Positions 13,317 to 26,138 of a DNA stretch of 64,000 nt are shown here, piece by piece. The translations under genes and the position numbers were made by a program. The notes below the pieces were generated by a model. It worked only from the letters and a program-made list of their open reading frames with translations. It searched no databases and was not told where the DNA came from. The DNA is taken from assembly GCA_951406725.2 (NCBI GenBank), contig OX597818.1:77872001-77936000 (forward strand), written 5' to 3'. Numbering within the stretch: position 1 is the stretch's first letter; each line of letters begins with the position of its first letter. Origin of the DNA: Octopus vulgaris (lineage: Eukaryota).

Positions 13317-14210
13317 GTATTTTAGGAAGTTGATTGTCATGGCCGGTCAGAATGACCATTTTGAAAACTTGAAGCCACCCGAGTAACTTAGACATTTTCA
13401 GCTATAAATACATCACATACACTCACTCTGCATAGCATATTGAGTCCCTTTTTCGCGTTTGTAAAACTAAACTATACATTCATACATACACACACACATA
13501 CATACATACATACATACATACATACATACATACATACATACATACATACATACATACATACATACATACATACATACATACATACATACATACATACATA
13601 CATACATACATACATACATACATACATACATACATACATACATACATAGTGAAAATTAGATTGAAAATCACCGATTGTAATTAAAATAAAATAACTTTTC
13701 TTTTTTAACTAGAAAATCTTGACAACTATGTAACCTTGTTAACTTTCTTAAGTTTGAAACATTACTAATACAAAAATTAGGAAGTGAAACAAAGAACTAG
13801 AAAAAATAAAATAAAGAAAACAGAAAAGACACACATAAACAGGAATTCCAAAGAATAGGATTGACTAGTCTAGCTAGAAATCCAATCCTAGGCAACCGAA
13901 GTAAGCTTTATGAATTGAAGGAGAAATATTTATAAAACAGTTGACATAGAAACAAACGATTACAAATTTCCTATTCCACTTCATTTTGACTAGAGTTTCA
14001 ATTTACCACCATCATCGCCGCCACCACCACCACCATCATACAGAAGCAGTGAAAATATTCAGTAGACGCTAACTTATTTTCAAATAAAATGTCAACTATT
14101 TTTTTCTTCTTATTTTGTCTTCAATTCTTATGTCACCTAAACTATTGTTTGAAACGGTCAAGCAAGCAAATTCCTATAAACAACAACGAAAACATATAAC
14201 GAATACTTAC

Positions 14211-14348
14211 TTGAGTTGAGGAGGATTTGTGTGACGGGGAGAAAAAAGGTCTGTCGTTGTCGCCGGCTGTCGTAGATATGACGAAAAGCTGGAAGTTTTG
14301 TTGGGACTGAACGATAACCCACGCCACTCCCACGCCATTTCCTGACAT
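14211..14348 (-). CDS. Putative first exon of the same host gene (46 codons, phase 0; may be partly 5'UTR)
   Basis: ATG at 14348; consensus donor CAA|GTAAGT at 14211/14210; joins in frame to 2477. It lies in an unusually repeat-free island. Confidence 0.45.
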
Positions 14349-14381
14349 TCAACTCCCCACCTTCAACTGTCTACAACTTTT

Positions 14382-14394
14382 CAAAATGGCTGCC
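14382..14394. promoter_or_regulatory. YY1-type motif (CAAAATGGCTGCC), likely promoter/TSS region
   Basis: Matches the AANATGGC consensus, immediately upstream of the candidate first exon in unique sequence. Confidence 0.4.
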
Positions 14395-15970
14395 GTATTA
14401 TTTTTCTATCTTATCGGAAAAAAAAAAAAGAAATTTCATTGACATCAAAACAAATTCTATAATACTAATGTGAGCTTTTTTAAAAAATTTCCCTAGTATT
14501 TATTTTCACTGACTGTAATGTTGGTAAACATTGTTGAAACATTCTTTGGTTCAAGATATATGTACTTCTAACAGTTCGAAACACGACTTTATGTGAAGCA
14601 GGCGTGTTTCTGTCTAACATATTTGCACTAAATAGACGTTATTTCAATGGAGATAAAAAAAAACAACTTTAAATGCCTAAAACACGAAATTGAACATATT
14701 TGTTTAGCTTTTTGCTGTATCATAATGACCAGTACTTTTTTATTGTATTCGTCTATCTAGCATATCGCGACATTCAACGCATAACATGTCCAAAAAGTGA
14801 ACACCGACTGAAGAAGATAGTTTCTACTCTAGTACAAACTTGTTTATATCTCAACAACGAGAGTTGAAATTCAACTCTTTGCCGATTAAAAACAATCAAA
14901 CAGTATATTAAAACGGCAAAAACCACGTAACTGTAATTAGGAGGCATTTGAGGGCGTGTGTTAAAACAAATGCATCGATGTAGAATCATGACAGTTATTT
15001 AAGCACACACACGTACACATTCGCAAACACACATGCACACATATATATACATGCACACTCAAGTACACATACACTCATGTACACACACACACACGCACGC
15101 ACACATACATTTTTATGTATATATTTTATTTTGTGGAGCTGGCTGAAAGGTAGCGAGCTGGCAAAATCGTAAGGGCATCGGAAAAAAATCCCTTCCGTTC
15201 CAGGAAATCCCGCCGAGGTCAGCTTAGCTCTTAATCCTTTTAGGCTTGATAATTTTGAAGAATCAAGTACTGGGGTCGATATATCAATTAACCCAAATCC
15301 TCCCAAAACTGCTTTCCTCGTGACAAAATCAGGAATCATTATAAACTATAAAGTGTTAAAAATATTTCACTGATATAATTCCATTGTGTCTATTCAAAGC
15401 CAGCTGTTGGCCATTTCCAATAAGTAAATCTCCCCCACGGTCTACCAGAACTGGCTGACCAATACCCGACTTGCAATAAATCTAGCGAAATTATGTCAGT
15501 GACAGAGTGGCATATGTATATGTATGACGGAATTTTTTCACCATTTATAGTATGTAGAAGTTTTCAGAACTGAACCTAAAGCGAATATAACGGTATATGC
15601 GTGTTCGAGGTGACAAGTAATTGCAAATGTAAGCAATGAATTCTGTTGGTCCAAAGTCGATCTTGCATCAAAGTATCCAATATTGTAGAGGTATTCTTCC
15701 ATTTGAAGATATTCTTCCATAGTCAACTTATTGAGAGAATTCACAACGAAAGACATGACTCGGGCATAATTTACAAAAAGTTATCTCCCACCTCAAATTC
15801 TACAAAATGCGCAGGTATGGCTGTGAAGTGAGAAGTTTACTTCCCAACTACATGGCTCCAGTTCAATCCCAGTGCGCGGCACCTTGGGTAAGTGCCTGCT
15901 ACTCTATCCATAGGGCCGACCAATACTTTGTGAGTGAATTTCGTAGGCGGAAACTGAAAGACCCGCTCCC

Positions 15971-16043
<73 letters not shown>

Positions 16044-16989
16044 CGTGCGAGTGTGTGTGTGAGTGTGTGTTTGTCTTTGTATTTATTTGTCCGCTACCAA
16101 CGCTTGACTATTCGTGTTGGTTTGCTTACGTCTCCGTAACTTATCGGTTCGGCTTAAGAGACTGATAAATTAAGTATCAGGCTGATACAAAAAATTGGTA
16201 CTTGGAATGATTCGTTTGATGAAAACCCTTCATGGCAGTAGTCTAATGACTGAAATAAGTAAAAGATAAATTAGTCACCAGAATGTGAAGAATTTTGGCT
16301 TAGATCTTAATATTGAGTCTCCTAATTAGATTTACTATAGCAACTCACTGATAATCCGATGAAGAATTTTGACAAAAATGCTAGTCATTAATCCATCTAC
16401 ATAATACATTCAACACAAATCACTATCAGTTGACTAAACCTAGAGAGACAGCTCTAGTTTATATTTTGTAACAGCCGAATCAGCGTAAAAAATCTAAGCT
16501 TCATCTACCATTGAACCTGATCTCCGCTCCGAGCAGTTGTCGATCGTCTATTTTAGGGGTTCTCAACCACGCCTGCGCCTAGGGTACTGTAGAATTCTTT
16601 AAATCATAGAATAGTTAAATCATAGAATAGTCCACCAAAAAATAGTTGAGAACCATGGGTCTTCGTTTACAAGGTACACCCGTGATCGACATGAAGTTCT
16701 ACTTTTCTTGAGCTCTTATAAGATCGACTAAAGGCGGTGAGATGGCAGAACTGTTAGCACGCCGGATAAAATGTTTAGCGGCATTTCGTCCGCCTCTATG
16801 TTCTGAGTGCAAAATTCAGCCGAGGTCGACATTGTCTTTCATCCTTTCGGGGTCGATAAAATATGTACCAAGTCAAATACGGGGCGGGGGGGGGGGGATG
16901 GTTGATGTAATCGACTTCCCTCTCCTCTCATAAACTGCTTATTAAATCGACGAACAACCCCGGATGACTTATTTGGCAAACACATTGTA

Positions 16990-17420
16990 TCCATCATCAT
17001 CATCCTCACCGCTACCACCACTCCCCATCATCATCTTCGCCGTCGCTGTCGTCGTCATCATCATCATCATCATCATCATCACTGCCACCACCACTCCCCA
17101 TCATCATCTTCGTCATCGTCGTCGTCGTCGTCATCATCATCACATCATCATCCTCATGTTCACCACTACCATCGCCATCACTATCAGCATAATCAAAATC
17201 ACCCACCACTACCACCACGGTCGCCGCTATCACCGTCGTCGACGTCGTCGTCATCGCCATCAACATCATCATCGTCTTCATCATCGTTATTATCATCATC
17301 TTCACCACCACCATCACCGTCACCATTATCATAATCAAAACCACCACCAGTACCATCACCGTCACCACCATCATCGTCGTCGTCATCATCATCATCATCA
17401 TCGTCATTCTCATCATCATT
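16990..17420. repeat. Degenerate compound (CAT/CGT/CAC)n microsatellite
   Basis: Trinucleotide mosaic; the His-rich and Met-rich ORFs here are by-products. Confidence 0.85.
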
Positions 17421-17829
17421 GCACTTAATGTTTCCATCATCCCATTTATAGTTGATATTGTTGTTTAGCTGCTATTTCTAGCAGGTCGAGTGACCTTGTA
17501 GAGACTTCTTGGTTTGTTTGTCATCCCATTTCTGATTGGTACGACTAGAATAGTATACAGCCTGACTTGTAGACACATCATCAACATAGACACAGGCACC
17601 TGCTAGAAGATAACAACACTGATGATAATATTAAAAGGTCATTCTCACACAGTGTTGAGCATTGAAAATTCTACTCCATCTTTTCCAGGATATACCTAAT
17701 TCTTTTTGACGTAAAAAGGAAACACCTGATTGAAAACTTAAACAATGGACAATAAGAATTAGGATGTTGATGATTATGGTGGTGGTGATGGTGGTGGTGT
17801 TGATGATGATGATGATAATGATGATGATA

Positions 17830-17894
<65 letters not shown>

Positions 17895-17904
17895 AAAGGG
17901 GCTG

Positions 17905-18196
17905 ATTGCTACCTAACTCAGATACCAGGAAACCCCAAAATGGCAGAAATTCAAAAGATAGTGCTCATGGGAACTGCTCATATCCTACGCAAAATACTTT
18001 CTATATAATCTCAAGTTTTAAAATAAACATAATTTTCGTATGGTTTTTTAGACATTCAATAGTACAACACCAAGTACAAAATCAAATATATGGCACCCTA
18101 GGCATAACACCAACATGAACTTCCAACTTGTTGTCTCTTGAGGTCTCTGGGTGAGACTTGGAGCCAACTTGTACAAATGTAAAGCAAAAGTCAAAC

Positions 18197-18199
<3 letters not shown>
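17905..18199 (+). mobile_element. R4/Dong-clade LINE 3' end
   Basis: EIQKIVLMGTAHILRKILSI* followed by 3'UTR and a (TAA)n tract. Confidence 0.75.
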
Positions 18200-18278
<79 letters not shown>

Positions 18279-18279
<1 letters not shown>

Positions 18280-18900
18280 TCTCTGGTTGCCCAGTCCTGG
18301 CTAAGAAGGAATATATTCACAGACATGACAGAGTTGGGACCTACATACACCGGAAGCTATGCACACATTATGGAATAACAACAGAAAAAAGATGGTATAG
18401 GCACACACCAGAAAAGGTCACAGAAAACGAGAAAGCAACCATACTCTGGGATATGCCGATACACGCAGAGAAATTAAGGCCAACAGACCAGATATAGTTG
18501 TCAGAGATCATGAAGAAAAAAAATGTTTTCTAATTGATGTATCAATACCAGCAGATGACAACATGTCTCTAAAAGAAATGGAGAAACTTTCAAAATACAA
18601 AGACCTGGAAATAGAGGTAACCAGAATGTGGAATCTAAAAACAGAAACAATTCCTATCATAGTAGGTGCATTAGGCATGATAATAAAATATTCAGACAAA
18701 TACATAACAAAAACACCAGGACTTACAAACACATATAACATACAGAAAATTGCACTATTAGGCACTGCACACATCCTACGCAGAACACTTTCCATACAAT
18801 AACCATCAGAGCATCACAACAAATCACAGCACCTACCCAAGGCACACAGAGCTGCGCTCGGTAGTGAAGTGAAAGCACGCTATAAAAATAAAACTACTGA
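18279..18900 (+). mobile_element. R4/Dong-clade LINE 3' fragment (REL endonuclease) in (TAA)n
   Basis: ILWDMPI, NRPDIVV, KEMEKLSKYKDLEIEVTRMW, IPIIVGALG. (TAA)n on both sides. Same family at 53566-53787(-). Confidence 0.85.
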
Positions 18901-18923
18901 ATAATAATAATAATAATAATAAT

Positions 18924-18970
<47 letters not shown>

Positions 18971-18987
18971 TAATAATAATAATAATA

Positions 18988-19536
18988 GATGCAGTACCAG
19001 GCAGTGGGTCCCATGACTTCTGATCTTAACTGATTGGAAGTGTTATCATGTACATTGTTTTGTCTTGGTATAAAAGATGGGCTACAGCAAATATTCTGCT
19101 CAATACCACAGATTTGCTTGTCAGTTGTTTGACCTTAACCAGTTGAGCATGTCCCTTAGTGGCTGACGATATGTGCATCTCTGATCACGAGCAGAAGTAG
19201 TGGGGGAGCATCATAGCCATGTGTTGAGAGGGATTCTTTGGGGTTTGAATAATTCACCTCTGGAAACATGGGTGGTTCTTTCAACATCCTTAAACAACCC
19301 TTATTCAGGGACCTTTTGAGCGGGATGGGCTACTCAACCTGAAGAAAATTCTAACTGGGCCCCACCTGCAAGGTCATGTGCTGTTTATCTTGATATGAGA
19401 TCACCATGTCGCGCACATATGGTTGTGATGCATGTGCCTGGTGTACCCTTATCAGACGGGTAGTCATGATGGGTATATTGGGCTTCGTATATTTTACCCC
19501 AGTGTCACTTTGATGGCATGCACTGCTCTCTCACTC

Positions 19537-19537
<1 letters not shown>
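18988..19537. mobile_element. ~550-bp non-coding interspersed element embedded in (TAA)n
   Basis: Near-identical partial copies at about 38895-39065 and 56016-56420. (TAA)n on both sides; no ORF. Confidence 0.7.
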
Positions 19538-19609
<72 letters not shown>

Positions 19610-19854
19610 TTTCAAAAGATTGATGTAACTCTTCACAAAGGTAAACAGACAAGACGAAGAGCATGATGCAATTGCAATAGATACTCTGTTGGGTGAACAC
19701 TGACAGAACGATCTTGACTAATCGACAAGACATAATTATTAAAGACAAGGAAGAAAATACTTGTACACTAATAGATATAAGTGTTCTCATTGATAAAAAC
19801 ATCGCACAACCAATAAAATATCTATTGCAATCGTATCGCGCTCTTCGTCTTGTC

Positions 19855-19919
<65 letters not shown>

Positions 19920-19920
19920 G

Positions 19921-20529
19921 TGTAGGACAGTATTTACATTTGAAAATATGTAAACCCTACAAAATCAGCACTCCTACTCACTAGTACGAACACCATCCTG
20001 AGCCAGTCGTTAAAGGTAAAAATGTCACTCTCCTCTGGGATTTTCCAGTCAACACTGACAGAACGATCCAGGCTAATCCGCCAGATATAATTATTAAAGA
20101 CATAGAAGAAAATACTTGTACACTAATAGATGTTGATGTTCCCACTGATAAAATATATCTGTCAAGGAATTTGACAGACTAAGTAAATATAAGGACCTGG
20201 AAATTGAAATACAAAAGATGTGGCATCTTAAAACGAGAACTGTTCCTGTTATTACAGGTGCCCTAAGTATGATAAAAAAAGGGATGTCAGAAACAGCTAG
20301 ATAAGATCCCAGGAGAACCATGTCCCAGAGAAATCCAAAAGATTGTGCTGACAAGTACTGTCCACATCCTTAGAAAAATCCTATCCATTTAAATGTCTGT
20401 GTTGTATTACATGAAGATATTTCACTACCTCCCATCCTCAAGCTTTCAGTCATATTGTAACATCTCTTATCTTTCACTCGCCCCAGGACTCTGGGAGTGT
20501 CTCGGCCAATGTCTGTAACAAAGATGCAT

Positions 20530-20530
<1 letters not shown>
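19921..20530 (+). mobile_element. R4/Dong-clade LINE 3' fragment in (TAA)n
   Basis: LLWDFPVNTDRTIQANPPDIIIKD, KYKDLEIEIQKMWHLKT, VPVITGAL. A partial duplicate lies at about 19690-19805. Confidence 0.8.
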
Positions 20531-20585
<55 letters not shown>

Positions 20586-22340
20586 GGAAGAGGACTTATT
20601 GGATGCGAACACAGCGTTAGAGCAGAAGAAAACAACAAAGCATGGTATGTAAAAATGCCACAGAACCGCTATTGCTAGAAGTAAGAAGATCAGGCTTGTG
20701 TAGGATAAAAGATTGCAAAAATAAAGCACTATACAAACAATTGAAAACGAATGAAACTGAAAATAGGAATATGAGAAGGAATATAAGAGACGCCACGACA
20801 ATATAGCCAGGCTTGTCCATTGAATACTTTGCAACAAGTATGGGCTTGACAGAGCAAAAAATTGGTACTTAATTTATCGACCCCGAAAGGAGGAAAGGCA
20901 AAGTCGACCTCGGCCGGCGAATTTGAACTCAAAACATGATGACAGACGAAATATCGCAGTGCATTTCGTCCGGCGTGCTAACAATTCTGCCTTAATAATA
21001 ATAATAATAATAATAATTCTTTCTACTATCTGCCTTAATAATAATAATAATAATAATAATTCTTTCTACTACAGGCACAAGACCTGAAATTTTGGGGGAG
21101 GAGGCCAGTCGATTAGATCGATCCCAGTACGCAACTGGTACTTAATTTATTGACCTCCAAAAGATGAAAGGTAAAGTCGACCTCGGTGGAATTTGAACTC
21201 AGAACGTAGCGACGGGCGAAATACGCTAGGCATTTTGTCCAACGTCCTAGCGATTCTGCCAGCTTGCCACCCTAATAATAATAGTTTCAAATTTTGGCAC
21301 AAGGTCATCAATTTTCAGGCAGGGCTTAAGTCTATTACATCGACCCCGAAAGGATGAAAAGGCAAAGTTGACCTTGGTGGAATTTGTACTTATAACATAG
21401 AGACGGACGAAATGTTGCCACGCATTTTACCTGACGTGCTACTGATTCTGCCAGATTACTAGAAATATTGTTGTTATTGTAGTTGCTGCTACTATTACTT
21501 TTAACAATAAAATTGACGAGCAGACAAAATAACAATACATTCACAAAGCATTTACTCCGTCTTTATTCTCTCTGTATCCTATCGATCTTATCTCAGTATA
21601 ATTAATACCAGCCATCTGCTGGGTCATGGTAATCCACTATTCCCATCTCTCTTACTTCTAAAAAATTCAAATTATATAATAAAATTTTTATTGTAACAAG
21701 GTCTTTATTCGTCGCTACGCTGTCGGTAAGAATATTTGTTAACCATGCACGTACTTTCTTTTAATAGTAGACTGTTATATAGTGAAAGTCTCATTAGTTA
21801 CTATGGTAAGAACAGTCTACCTATCTATCTATTTTTCACACGCACATATAATTCTAATGATATAAAGCTTTTTGTAATTTCCATTACGGTTGTTATTGCG
21901 TTTGTTATTATTATCACTATTATCGTTTACATATTAAACGTAATATTTTAAGAATAAAATACTGTTTTAATCACATTATACATGAAAAAATTTCCATTAT
22001 TACTTCAAATCCTTGAGAAAAAAATGATTAAAATAATACTAAGTAAACATAATAATACATCGTTGCGTATTTGCCCATGTCTGGGTCTATGCGTAACAGA
22101 CAGTACATGTATGTGTGCATATGTGTGTATATGTGTCTCTTTATACAGACACGTGAAAATGTCCCTTGTATCGCTTGTGTGCGAAACAAAACTCATGTTG
22201 TCTTTTTTAATGCTTTTTTTCAGCGTTCATCGTCGTCACAACTCGTATTGATGTAAAAGGTTTGTGTCAGACTAAGTATATGATGAATTATGTATGTATG
22301 TATGTATGTATGTATGTATGTATGTATGTATGTATGTTAT

Positions 22341-22423
22341 GGTCAGGTCACTTTCGAGTGCTACTGGTAACATGTAACCCAGTACAACCTGTTGCATGGT
22401 CGGGTCGTCGGCGGCTAAACTGG
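22341..22423 (+). ncRNA. Candidate HDV-like ribozyme
   Basis: P1 GGUCA/UGGUC; J1/2 hairpin CACU-UUCG-AGUG; P2 CCAGU/ACUGG; CC in L3 pairing with GG (P1.1); short P4; J4/2 CUAA. Confidence 0.55.
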
Positions 22424-22893
22424 CAACCCCATCAAGCTTGCTTGGTGAGGAGGGTGTTTATTGGACACCCTGCGGGATGAAAAACAAAACCCGTCAAAGG
22501 GCGGAGGAACTCTTGAGAGTCAACGACCATCCAATAAATGTCTTAAGGCTGTATCATGCGCGGGGACATAGAAATAATCGGACTGAATACCCGATCGCGC
22601 GGTTAAACCATTGGGAGTGAAGTACTCCTAGCCTTTGTTAGGGCATCCTTCTAGGAGAGGGTAACTGAGGTAACTGGGATAACTCCGACATAAAACCTGC
22701 GGCTCAGTGGTTACCGATGATGTTGACTTGTTCTTCTTTTCGGATTATGGCTGCTGTTGCTTAGTGAGTGGGATTGACTCAGTGCACAGCCTTTCCTCAC
22801 TTTAAAAAAATCTTCTTGCACAGGCATTGCACGATAACAACATTGATTAAGCTTCGTGCAATGGCCATACTCGATAACGAGGGGGCAGCCACC
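22341..22893 (+). mobile_element. Non-autonomous RTE-related element inserted in (TATG)n
   Basis: (TATG)n on both sides; RTE-5'UTR-like motifs (gggcatccttctaggagagggtaact); no ORF; starts with an HDV-like fold. Confidence 0.6.
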
Positions 22894-23109
22894 ATGTATG
22901 TATGTATGTATGTATGTATGTATGTATGTATGTATGTATGTATGTATGTATGTATGTATGTATGTATGTATGTATGTATGTACGTATATAAAGATATATC
23001 TAGGTGTTTGCTCTTATATAAGTTAATATGTATATGTATGTATATGAAGCAACGAAGTAACACCTACCCCACTTGTTTTTGTAAACTTTTCCAAGGTATT
23101 TAACACGGT

Positions 23110-24350
23110 GGACTGAAAAACTCTTTGAAAAGTGCCAGGGACTTATGGATGCCCTGAGAAGCTTGTTAACACCATCAAAAGGACTAGGCTCAGTTGGCGA
23201 AGAATTTAGCGAAGCGCTTGCAGTCAACCATAGTATGAATCAGGTGTGCATGCTTGCCTCTGCACTCCTCTTTCTTTAACTCGTAGCTGTGCTTGACACC
23301 TTGTGGATCAGTCTGCATAACGGGATTTTCATCCACACCAGAACAGATGGGAAACACTTCAACTTGTCCTGTCTTCGTGCTCCAAGTAAAATCAGGGAGA
23401 TGTGTGTCTACACGGGTGACCCAGCGCTCGTGACCAGCAACACTGAAGACAAGCAACACATTGAGGATCGATTTTCTTGTACAGCAGACATGCTTGGCCC
23501 CAAGATCAACACGTGAAACACTGAGCTGCTCTACTAGCTTCCACATAGATGTTCTAATACATAGAGAGAGCCAGAGCCAGAGCCAGTGACAGTACAGTTA
23601 GAGTCCTAAAATGCACCAAGGCCTTTACCAATCTCGGCAGCGCAGTAACTTGTAACTCTTCTGACCTCGAAGTTGAGAGGTGAATACAGTCTGTCACAAT
23701 GGCATTTGGCTCTCTCGAGAAGCGTCTTTGGAACTGCCATGACACTCCCGCAACACAAGGATAAAGGTGTACAGTACTGCAATGTTGCCTTGCTTCCTCT
23801 ATTCCAGGAAATGCATGGCTCTCTATCACTGGCACATCAAGGCCCTGATACGAGTCCAACGTCGTCATCTGCGTTCCATCTCGCATATTAAATGGCAAGA
23901 TTGCATTCTTGATGTAGAAGTCCTACGTCATGCTGGTAACGTTAGGGTGTAGGCACTAATTACCTCATCGCAGCTGCGCTGGGCGGGGCATGTTTCCATG
24001 ACGGAGGACGGTAGTCTCCCAAAGGCAGTTTTCTATGTTGAACTGTGTCAGAGTAGGGGGAGCAAGGTGGCCAGAGGTTGCGATACAGGGATATGTTGAA
24101 GAGACATGTCCTAAGTCACCTCGGAGGAGAAAACGATGCGGCGCGAAGAATGGCATCAATCACTGAATCTCATAATTCTAACCATTAAAAAAAAAAAAAA
24201 AAGAGAGAGAGAGAGAATACGAAAGATCACATGAGAACCGTCACTTCTCTGTTGAGTCAAGTAGCTTCACCTGCAGCAGATGTTATCACTTCTTCAAATC
24301 AAGAGCAAACCTTGTAGCCCACATGCGAGCCTGCCAGAGATGATTACGGA
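23110..24350 (+). pseudogene. Degraded RTE (BovB-like) LINE ORF remnant
   Basis: GIFIHTRTDGKHFNLSCLRA, HLRSISHIKWQDCILDVEVL, QLRWAGHV and a terminal C2HC-like knuckle; many frameshifts. Confidence 0.8.
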
Positions 24351-24489
24351 ACAAGAACAGTCAACGTCGATCTACGATGGACAGCCGAAGAAGATGTATG
24401 TATATAAGCATATATTTACATGTATATGTAGGTGTGTAAGTGTGAATACGTAAGTGTATGTGTATGTATATATATGTAGATTTATATGC

Positions 24490-24568
<79 letters not shown>

Positions 24569-24862
24569 AACATGTATTTATATATATATGTGTGTCTACG
24601 AGTGTGTCAGTCTGTGTGAATATGCAAAATTATATATATGTATACAATCATTACTCCATTCCATTAAACAGTGTCTTTCTTTTCTATATTAATAGATATG
24701 TTTTTCGCTCTTTTAACAATCTAAAGGACTCCTGATTATTAAAAATATATAAAAAAATATATATAAACGCTTCGGCCAAGTGTAAATTTTGTAACTCCTA
24801 TCTGTAATGGTGAATAAATAATACCAACAAATTTCCCACTCTCCTGTTTCGATACACACACA

Positions 24863-24894
<32 letters not shown>

Positions 24895-25231
24895 TACACA
24901 TACACACACACGCACACACATAACTGACATACTCTCCGGTTACGACGAAGAGGGTTTCAGTTGATTCGATCACGGAACAGCTTGCTCTCAAAATTAACTT
25001 GCAAGTGGTTGAGCACTTCACAGACAAGCATACACTCAATGTAGTTCACAGGGAGATTCAGCATGACAGAGAGGTGTGACAAGGCTAGCCCCTTCAATTA
25101 CAAGCACAACTCATTTTTGCCAGTTGAGTGGACTGGAGCAAAGTGTCTTGTTGGAGGACACAACGCTCCGTCGGGAATCGAACTCACGATCATGAGCCGA
25201 TTACCCTATCCATTAACCCTCGCGTCTTCAC

Positions 25232-25296
<65 letters not shown>

Positions 25297-26105
25297 ACGC
25301 GACAACATGGTTACAAATTTTGGGATGGCACTTTAAAACAGAAAAGTCGACCTCGGATGAAGAAGAAAGACGAATACAATGAAATTTGAACTCATGTTAA
25401 TTTGTTCACCGCTCTAACAAGTCTACTATTTGACTGATGCTTTATTTTATCGCCTTCAGAAACACGAAAACCAAGTTGGCCTCAGCGGGATTTCAATTCG
25501 GGATATAAATAGCCGCAATACTGTGAGATATTTTGTCCGTCATTCGAATGGTCCTGCCAATCCCCGCCGTTAGTTTAATTTCTAATTTAGGCATAAGATG
25601 AACTATTTTATATATGTCGACTTCAAAAGGATTACAGGAAAAGTTGGCCTCGGCGAAATTTGAGAGCAGAGCGTAAAGAGGCAAAACAAATACAGCATTT
25701 TTGTCCAACACTTTGATAATTCTGCCAGCTCATTCCCCTTGTTTATTTTGCTTCTAAGAATGAATATAAAAGAGGTAGCTGACGCCAGAATCAGTAGATC
25801 ACTAAGGAAGAGGTTTGTGGTTTTTAGATACTGTTCTTAATATCGTGGCATCGTATCCCACCAGAAATGACTTATATACAGGCTTCAAATTTTGGTACAG
25901 GGCCAGCAGTTTCGGAGGAGGGAGTAAGTCGATTAAATCGACCTCAGTGTCCAACTGGTACTTTTTTTTTATTGATGCCTTAAGGATGAAAGGCAAAGTC
26001 AACTTCGATGGAATTTGAACTCAGAACGTAAAGACGGATGAAATGCCACTGAGCATTTTGCCCGATGTGCTTAACGATTTTGCCAGCGCGTCGCCTTGAA
26101 GAAAC

Positions 26106-26137
<32 letters not shown>

Positions 26138-26138
<1 letters not shown>

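Noticed and set aside
12537-13671. YIYI/HTHT/MYVC-type ORFs here and throughout the window
   Set aside because: Stop-free frames of (TA)n, (CA)n and (TATG)n repeats.
16964-17440. His-rich 154-aa and Met-rich 142-aa ORFs as metal-binding proteins
   Set aside because: They are translations of a degenerate (CAT)n microsatellite; no splice or promoter support.
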